Source of the DNA: Eledone cirrhosa
Taxonomy: Eukaryota
Assembly: GCA_964016885.1 (NCBI GenBank)
Contig: OZ024741.1
Location: forward strand, 9,610,001-9,674,000
Length of the DNA: 64,000 nucleotides
Direction of reading: 5' to 3'
The notes under the pieces are model-generated. The model did not search any database, was not told the DNA's origin, and saw only the letters and a program-made list of their open reading frames with translations. This document shows positions 55,816 through 64,000 of this stretch, piece by piece. A program made the translations under genes and the position numbers. Every line of letters begins with the position of its first letter. Position 1 is the stretch's first letter.

Positions 55816-57392
55816 AGGCTGTGAATTGGCAGAGTGGTTAGAACGTCAGATAGAATGGTAGAGTGGTTAGAACGTCAGATAGAATGGTAGAGTGGTTAGA
55901 ACGTCAGATAGAATGGTAGAGTGGTTAGAACGTCAGATAGAATGGTAGAGTGGTTAGAACGTCAGATAGAATGGTAGAGTGGTTAGAACGTCGGATAGAA
56001 TGATAGAATGGTTAGAACGTCAGATTGAATGGTAGAGTGGTTAGAACGTCAGATAGAATGGTAGAGTGGTTAGAACGTCAGATAGAATGGTAGAGTGGTT
56101 AGAACGTCAGATAGAATGGTAGAGTGGTTAGAACGTCAGATAGAATGGTAGAGTGGTTAGAACGTCAGAGAGAATGGTAGAGTGGTTAGAACGTCAGATA
56201 GAATGGTAGAGTGGTTAGAACATCAGATAGAATGGTAGAGTGGTTAGAACGTCAGGTAGAATGGTAGAGTGGTTAGAACGTCAGAGAGAATGGTAGAGTG
56301 GTTAGAACGTCAGGTAGAATGGTAGAGTGGTTAGAAGGTCAGGTAGAATGGTAGAGTGGTTAGAACATCAGATAGAATGGTTGAGTGGTTAGAACGTCAG
56401 GTAGAATGGTAGAGTGGTTAGAACGTCAGATAGAATGATAGAGTGGTTAGAACGTCAGATAGAATGGTTGAGTGGTTAGAACGTCAGATAGAATGGTAGA
56501 GTGGTTAGAACGTCAGATAGAATGGTAGAGTGGTTAGAACGTCAGATAGAATGGTAGAGTGGTTAGAACGTCATATAGAATGGTAGAGTGGTTAGAAAGT
56601 CAGATAGAATGGTAGAGTGGTTAGAACGTCAGATAGAATGGTAGAGTGGTTAGAACGTCAGATAGAATGGTAGAGTGGTTAGAACGTCAGGTAGAATGGT
56701 AGAGTGGTTAGAACGTCAGGTAGAATGGTAGAGTGGTTAGAACGTCAGATAGAATGGTAGAGTGGTTAGAACGTCAGATAGAATGGTAGAGTGGTTAGAA
56801 CGTCAGATAGAATGGTAGAGTGGTTAGAACGTCAGGTAGAATGGTAGAGTGGTTAGAACGTCAGGTAGAATAGTAGAGTGGTTAGAACGTCAGATAGAAT
56901 GGTAGAGTGGTTAGAACGTCAGATAGAATGGTAGAGTGGTTAGAACGTCAGGTAGAATGGTAGAGTGGTTAGAACGTCAGGTAGAATGGTAGAGTGGTTA
57001 GAACGTCAGGTAGAATGGTAGAGTGGTTAGAACGTCAGGTAGAATGGTAGAGTGGTTAGAACGTCAGATAGAATGGTAGAGTGGTTAGAACGTCAGATAG
57101 AATGGTAGAGTGGTTAGAACGTCAGGTAGAATGGTAGAGTGGTTAGAACGTCAGGTAGAATGGTAGAGTGGTTAGAACGTCAGGTAGAATGGTAGAGTGG
57201 TTAGAACGTCAGGTAGAATGGTAGAGTGGTTAGAACGTCAGGTAGAATGGTAGAGTGGTTAGAACGTCAGGTAGAATGGTAGAGTGGTACTGTTTCAGCT
57301 CCCCCTGTCTCAGTTCAAATCCAGCCGATATCAACTTTGCCTTTCAAACTTTCCAGGTCGATAATAAAATACCATTGATGTACTGGGTTCGA
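55816..57392 (+). mobile_element. tRNA-derived SINE whose A-box region is expanded into a minisatellite
   Basis: Head ggctgtgaatTGGCAGAGTGG, then the array, then B-box GTTCAAATCC and body aactttgcctttca..ggtcgataa..tactggg. Confidence 0.75.
55828..57288 (+). repeat. 29-bp minisatellite (GTAGAGTGGTTAGAACGTCAG[A/G]TAGAATG), about 50 copies
   Basis: Period 29 read directly; A variant dominates the left part, G variant the right part. Confidence 0.97.
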
Positions 57393-57481
57393 TTCTTCCC
57401 CTATATCTCTTTCTCATCTCCATTCTCTTACTCTCTCTCTCTTTCTCTGGAACGAATTTACCCTATTCAAACTTGGAGAGG

Positions 57482-58450
57482 AGATGGGCTCCACCAAGTT
57501 TTAAAAATCTCCCTAGAAACGCCGTATGTCAGCAAGTCACCCCTACGGCGCACCCTAGATGGGCTCCACCAAGTTTTAAAAATCTCCCTAGAAACGCCGT
57601 ATGTCAGCAAGTCACCCCTACGGCGCACCCTAGATGGGCTCCACCAAGTTTTAAAAATCTCCCTAGAAACGCCGTATGTCAGTAAGTCACCCCTACGGCG
57701 CACCCTAGATGGGCTCCACCAAGTTTTAAAAATCTCCCTAGAAACGCCGTATGTCAGTAAGTCACCCCTACGGCGCACCCTAGATGGGCTCCACCAAGTT
57801 TTAAAAATCTCCCTAGAAACGCCGTATGTCAGCAAGTCACCCCTACGGCGCACCCTAGATGGGCTCCACCAAGTTTTAAAAATCTCCCTAGAAACGCCGT
57901 ATGTCAGCAAGTCACCCCTACGGCGCACCCTAGATGGGCTCCACCAAGTTTTAAAAATCTCCCTAGAAACGCCGTATGTCAGCAAGTCACCCCTACGGCG
58001 CACCCTAGATGGGCCCCGCTAGGTTTTAAAAATCTCCCTAGAAACGCCGTATGTCAGTAAGTCACCCCTACGGCGCACCCTAGATGGGCCCCGCTAGGTT
58101 TTAAAAATCTCCCTAGAAACGCCGTATGTCAGTAAGTCACCCCTACGGCGCACCCTAGATGGGCCCCGCTAGGTTTTAAAAATCTCCCTAGAAACGCCGT
58201 ATGTCAGTAAGTCACCCCTACGGCGCACCCTAGATGGGCCCCGCTAGGTTTTAAAAATCTCCCTAGAAACGCCGTATGTCAGTAAGTCACCCCTACGGCG
58301 CACACTAGATGGGCCCCGCTAGGTTTTAAAAATCTCCCTAGAAACGCCGTATGTCAGTAAGTCACCCCTACGGCGCACCCTAGATGGGCCCCGCTAGGTT
58401 TTAAAAATCTCCCTAGAAACGGCGTATGTCAGTAAGGCACCCCTACGGCT
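57482..58450. repeat. 75-bp tandem array, 13 copies (7 type A then 6 type B)
   Basis: Units start 57482+75n; CTCCACCAAGT in units 1-7, CCCCGCTAGGT in units 8-13; internal inverted repeat CGCCGTA/TACGGCG. Confidence 0.96.
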
Positions 58451-58737
58451 CAGCCAGGAGTTACAAGACCAGGTATGTAAAGGAACTAATAACGATATTT
58501 TAAATAGGTAAAGTTTAGGATTATATAAATAAATATCTTTTTATAAATAAAAGTATTTATTTATAGTTTGTAGAGGTGTGAAATAAAGAACAGCAACTAA
58601 ATAAAGGTTATTTAATTTTTTCAGTTTCCTCAACATTTTAACGGAATACATTTGAGAATGTTTATGTATATACATATTATATATAAATATATATAAATAT
58701 ATATATATATGAGAATGTTTATGTGTATACATATTAC

Positions 58738-58806
<69 letters not shown>

Positions 58807-58913
58807 ATATGTATATACATAAACATTCTCAAATGTATTCCGTTAAAATATACATATATATATATGTATGTATGTATGTGTGTGTATATATATATACATA
58901 CATATATACATAC

Positions 58914-58987
<74 letters not shown>

Positions 58988-58995
58988 ATATGTAT

Positions 58996-59378
58996 AGGCA
59001 GAATTCTAGGAGAAGGAAAACTCTGATATAACACCTGCAACCCTGATGGTATCCAATGATGTTGACTTGTTCTTCTTTTTGGTAAATATCATCTTGGTTA
59101 AGAGAGTGGGACTGGCTTTGTGCAGTGCCTTTGCTCACTATAAAAGCTTCACGGCACAGGCATTGCTTTATATCTGGAGATCTCCCTGCACTTGTCATCA
59201 CATGGTACCATGGGCCCAGCACTATGTGTCAATAATTGTCACAAGTGTAGTGTTTGTACCAGAGTTTTCAAGTCGTTGGCTGAACTAAAAAGTCACGCTC
59301 GTTCAGCGCATCGGTAGGGGTTCTCCTACATGGATATAAAGTAGTGGCCGTACTCGAAAACGAGTTGGCAGCCACCAT
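58996..59378 (+). mobile_element. Truncated copy of the 51397-51993 retroposon
   Basis: Near-identical reverse complement of 51397-51779; embedded in TA tracts. Confidence 0.85.
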
Positions 59379-59592
59379 ATATGTATGTATATATATATAG
59401 ACACACATACATACATATATATATATATATGTATATACTCACACACAGACATATATATATATATATATTTATATATACGTATATATAATATGTATATACA
59501 TATATATATATTATACATATACATATATATATGTATATATATAGCCGGTTTCGTGCAAGGACCCATTCCGTCAATAGAGATGATTTGTTGTT

Positions 59593-59659
<67 letters not shown>

Positions 59660-60100
59660 ATATAATATATACATATATGTGTGTGTTTGTGTGTTTCTAT
59701 GCATGCATACATATACACAATCATACATGTACACAAGTGGAACCTACCTATACAGCAACAGATTGTCTCTTATACTCCTGTACACTTGTTACACAAATAC
59801 CTGAGATAAGACGCCCAAAGAATCCCTTGTTTCAAAAGTTACCTTGATTTACCATTTTTCTGGAATATAAAGGGCAGCACAGGTACATACGACACTCCCT
59901 TATTTTGAAGAATAACATTTGGAAAATGATTCTATAAAGTTATACATATAGATGGTTTGAATGTGTGCGTGTGTGTGTGTACAAGTGTATACACACACAT
60001 ATATATATACATATATACACATGGTGCTATTAAGTTAGACATGGCCTGGGCCAATACTGGCCGAAACCTATCAAAGTTATCAATGTTATATATATATATA

Positions 60101-60295
60101 TAACAAAGGAATTGTGGTAAGGAGGAACCAGATGGACCATAACGCACCAGAGTACTCAATACTTAGGGTAGTAGAGTGGGTAATAGGGAAAAGTATGACC
60201 CCGACGGCAGAGCTCAAGCCGTTTCGACGGCTATTTCTGGACTCCAGAAATAGCCGTCGAAACGGCTTGAGCTCTGCCGTCGGGGTCATACTTTT
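60101..60295. mobile_element. Fold-back family copy with a perfect 53-bp-arm palindrome (60189-60295)
   Basis: aaaagtatgaccccgacggcagagctcaagccgtttcgacggctatttctgga-c-reverse complement, no mismatches. Confidence 0.85.
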
Positions 60296-60306
60296 TTCTC
60301 TCTCTC

Positions 60307-60337
<31 letters not shown>

Positions 60338-60449
60338 ACATATAATAAACAGACTATATATATATTAAAGTTGAGACAGTAAACAGAAAACAAAAAAACG
60401 TGGAAGCGAAGAGGCAGTACAAATGTTATTATTAGTTTCACGTTTGATA

Positions 60450-60491
60450 TATATATATATATATATGTAGGTATGTATATATGTATGTATG

Positions 60492-60523
<32 letters not shown>

Positions 60524-60835
60524 TGTATGTATGTATGTATGTATGTATATACGTATGTATGTATCTATGTATGTATGTATGTATATACGTATGTATGTAT
60601 GTACGTATGTATGTATGTATGTATGTATGTATGTATGTATGTATGTATGTATGTATGTATGTATGGAGGTATGTATGTATGTATGGAGGTATGTATGTAT
60701 GTATGTATGTATGTATGTATGTATGGAGGTATGTATGTATGGAGGTAAGTATGTATGTATGTATGGAGGTATGGAGGTATGTATGTATGTATGTATGTAT
60801 GGAGGTATGTATGTATGTATGTATGGAGGTATATT
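60450..60835. repeat. (TATG)n microsatellite with GGAGG interruptions
   Basis: Direct reading. Confidence 0.95.
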
Positions 60836-60996
60836 TGTAAATAAATAATATGCATACTATATATATATATATATGATGGAGACGAGAGAAAATGTACTCA
60901 ATACCGAAGTAAAGTTGAAATAGTCTTTTAGTATGTCTAACTGGTGAGTCTTCTTTCCCAGGAGTTTCATCTACGTAGCCACAATAAAATGTATAT

Positions 60997-61080
<84 letters not shown>

Positions 61081-61150
61081 TGGAATGAATTCTGTGAGAG
61101 AACATCGTTATTTTTCTCCCTCATATCAAGAATTTGAAGACAATTCATTT

Positions 61151-61206
61151 TCACCTGATGAGGTCAGTGATAATCGATCTATCTCTTATTGAAACATGTG
61201 TCGTGA
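61151..61206 (+). ncRNA. Minimal hammerhead ribozyme motif (imperfect stem II)
   Basis: tcac-CTGATGA-...-GAAAC-atgt-GTC-gtga; stem I tcac/gtga, GUC cleavage triplet; cassette 61079-61250 lies between two TA tracts. Confidence 0.6.
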
Positions 61207-61247
61207 TTAAATGATTGGAATTTTACCTTGCCTTCGGATTTTCATTT

Positions 61248-61359
<112 letters not shown>

Positions 61360-61704
61360 CATATATATTCATTTCTTAAGTGCTTACTAAATATGACCAA
61401 TGTGAGGTACAGTGGTGTTTTCGGTATAACATATTTATATAAACGACTGCGCGTCAGTATCATCAGATTTAGTCATGGCCATAGTATATCTTTATTAGTT
61501 CTCTATCAAAATCCCATGGTAATACTAGTGTCGTATTGGTACCTGTCCTAGCAACGATCGTGACATATAATGGAATTGGTAGGACATGTAAGACGCCCGA
61601 TTAAACATTTATCATATGTTGAATTATAGCAGTTGTTGTAAATAATTTCAATTATGTTGTATCTGTGTTTTAATGTTTAGTTTACATTTTGTTGTTCTAT
61701 GATA

Positions 61705-62082
61705 GAAACCTAACCCTATTCCTCTTCACTTTCCAAGGGGGTAGATCCCTCATTTGGGACGCCACATAGTGTGACATGTTCTCCGCCTTCAATTTAGTTG
61801 CTTCGGCCACAAACCTAGGTACTGCGGCCCCGCAATGCAGAGAAATGGAAGACAAACAAATACCGGAGATTGTCCGGCCGCTTCCGCTTCGCACCGGTCA
61901 CCGTCGAGACTTCGGGTTTACTTTTGGACCCCGTACTGCAGAGCTCCTCCGTAAGATCGGAACATCAGCAACCCATCTGATGAAGGATCCCCACGAGGTG
62001 GGTGGCTGTTGTTGGCCATTGTCTGCGGAAATGCTTTTGCAGTTTTGTTCGCGGGGTGCAGGCCCAACTCCGCTGCGTCATA
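61705..62082 (+). mobile_element. CRE-like non-LTR retrotransposon, restriction-like endonuclease remnant
   Basis: With frameshifts: FQGGRSLIWDAT*CDMFS..AA/AEKWKTNKYRRLSGRFRFAPVTVETSG/FGPRTAELLRKIG..KDPHE/LAIVCGNAFAVL; matches the WD.T..D / E..K..KY / F.P...ET.G / GNA motif series. Confidence 0.8.
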
Positions 62083-63036
62083 GACCCAGAGTCCATCACC
62101 TTCTCCTCTTCCCCCTCCTTTTCTTCTGTGGCCCTAGAGTCTCTTTGCCTTTCCCCTTCCTTTCCTCTCATTTATGGCTTTTATAGTCCTTTCCTCTACT
62201 TTCCTATACATCCAGATCTGCTTTTTTTACCCCTTCCTCATTTTCTCATTACATAATTTTGTTTTTATCTTTCCGTTTCATATTTATGCAATCATCAATG
62301 GTTTTTAAGCCAACTTTGTGAATATTTGTAATGTTATATACACAAGTGTGAATAATAAAATACCGAATTAAAGCAAAAAACGTCTAGAAATATAGTGCCA
62401 TCGCCTAATGTATTCCTATATAAATTTTTGCTAAAACTGTATAGAAATGTATTGTGATGGTTTCTTGAAGAAAGTGCATAGTTAACTGAGAGGAAAGTGT
62501 TGTGATTGTGTGCCAGGTGTAACAATTATCAAGAAGTTTACACCCATATTTACATTGAAATTCATATATTACATTGATTATTATCAGTCTTGGGCTTACC
62601 TGTCTGTGGCTTACCTGCCTGTGGTTTACCTGCCTGTATTAATAAACGACGTTTGTTATAATTTTGGCCTTTTTATATTCTATTCTATGAGTTTGGGGTA
62701 AGGATCTGTGTCTTCTTTTGTGTGTTTTATAAGGATGTCTTCATCCATTCTATAAGCAGTGTTCATTTCATTCTTGCAGTCTATATATTTGGTTTGAATA
62801 TTGTTCTGGGTGTAGAATCTTTACGGCACCGGCTAAGGCGGTAACCATTACGCCATTAGTATGACCATTCTCATACTAAAGATGATAATGTTCCAAGACA
62901 AGTATAAAAACTAAGGAAATACGAACAATCTTTAATAAAAATTATCAAACTGGAATGCAGCCGTGTTTTAGTATAGCAGGTTTTAACAAGACACATACAC
63001 ATATTATTGTGTGGGTGAGTGTATATATATATATGT

Positions 63037-63673
<637 letters not shown>

Positions 63674-63678
63674 GAATA

Positions 63679-63760
<82 letters not shown>

Positions 63761-63766
<6 letters not shown>

Positions 63767-64000
63767 TGCCCCTCGTTATCGAGTATGGCCGTTGCACGAT
63801 ATACCATTATTAATAATTATTAATTAATTCTATCGTGCATTGCCTGTGCATGAAGATATTTTTTTAAGTGAGGAAAGACTGTGCACTGAGCCAATCCCAC
63901 TCTCTGAGCGACAGTAGCTTTAACCCGAAAAGAAGAAAATATCAACATCATCGGTAACTACTGAGACGCAGGTTTTATATCGGAGTTATCCCAGTTTCCT
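63761..64000 (-). mobile_element. Diverged relative of the 51397 retroposon family, runs off the right edge
   Basis: gatggctgcc..tcg...tcgagtatggcc; gcactgagccaatcccactctct; aaaagaagaa..tcaacatcatcgg shared with 51397-51760. Confidence 0.6.

Noticed and set aside
57255-58022. 255-aa repeat-protein ORF (and 178-aa antisense ORF)
   Set aside because: Consequence of a 75-bp (multiple of 3) stop-free unit; begins inside a SINE and is terminated by the type B variant; no synonymous-change pattern.
55828-58450. 29-bp and 75-bp arrays as CRISPR-like or tRNA gene arrays
   Set aside because: No variable spacers; the 29-mer has only an A-box and no cloverleaf.
61776-62186. 136-aa ORF as a host gene
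   Set aside because: It is a frameshifted mosaic of the CRE-like endonuclease remnant.

Overview
Gene-poor, repeat-dominated eukaryotic (animal) DNA; the SINEs and the extreme (TA)n/(CA)n/(TATG)n content resemble octopus genomes (inference). Bases 1-38164 are one uninterrupted 23-bp satellite (consensus GGTACCACAGTGTTGAAACTAAA, about 1650 units) with nested higher-order duplications (periods 962, 2065, 2156 bp and about 6-7 kb). Bases 38165-64000 are microsatellites interleaved with decayed retroelements: RTE, CRE-like and Penelope-like (GIY-YIG) fragments, tRNA-derived SINEs, a Helitron-like element, a 29-bp minisatellite made from a SINE A-box, and a 75-bp tandem array. I see no intact host gene; nearly all listed ORFs are microsatellite artefacts. 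The main hidden signal is a dense set of minimal type I hammerhead ribozyme motifs from several unrelated sequence families, each in a short non-coding cassette at (TA)n tracts. These include a retrozyme-like element with 319-bp direct repeats (522-nt period). Several long fold-back palindromes, centred on what looks like hammerhead stem II, accompany them. All structures were read by eye; none was folded or searched computationally.
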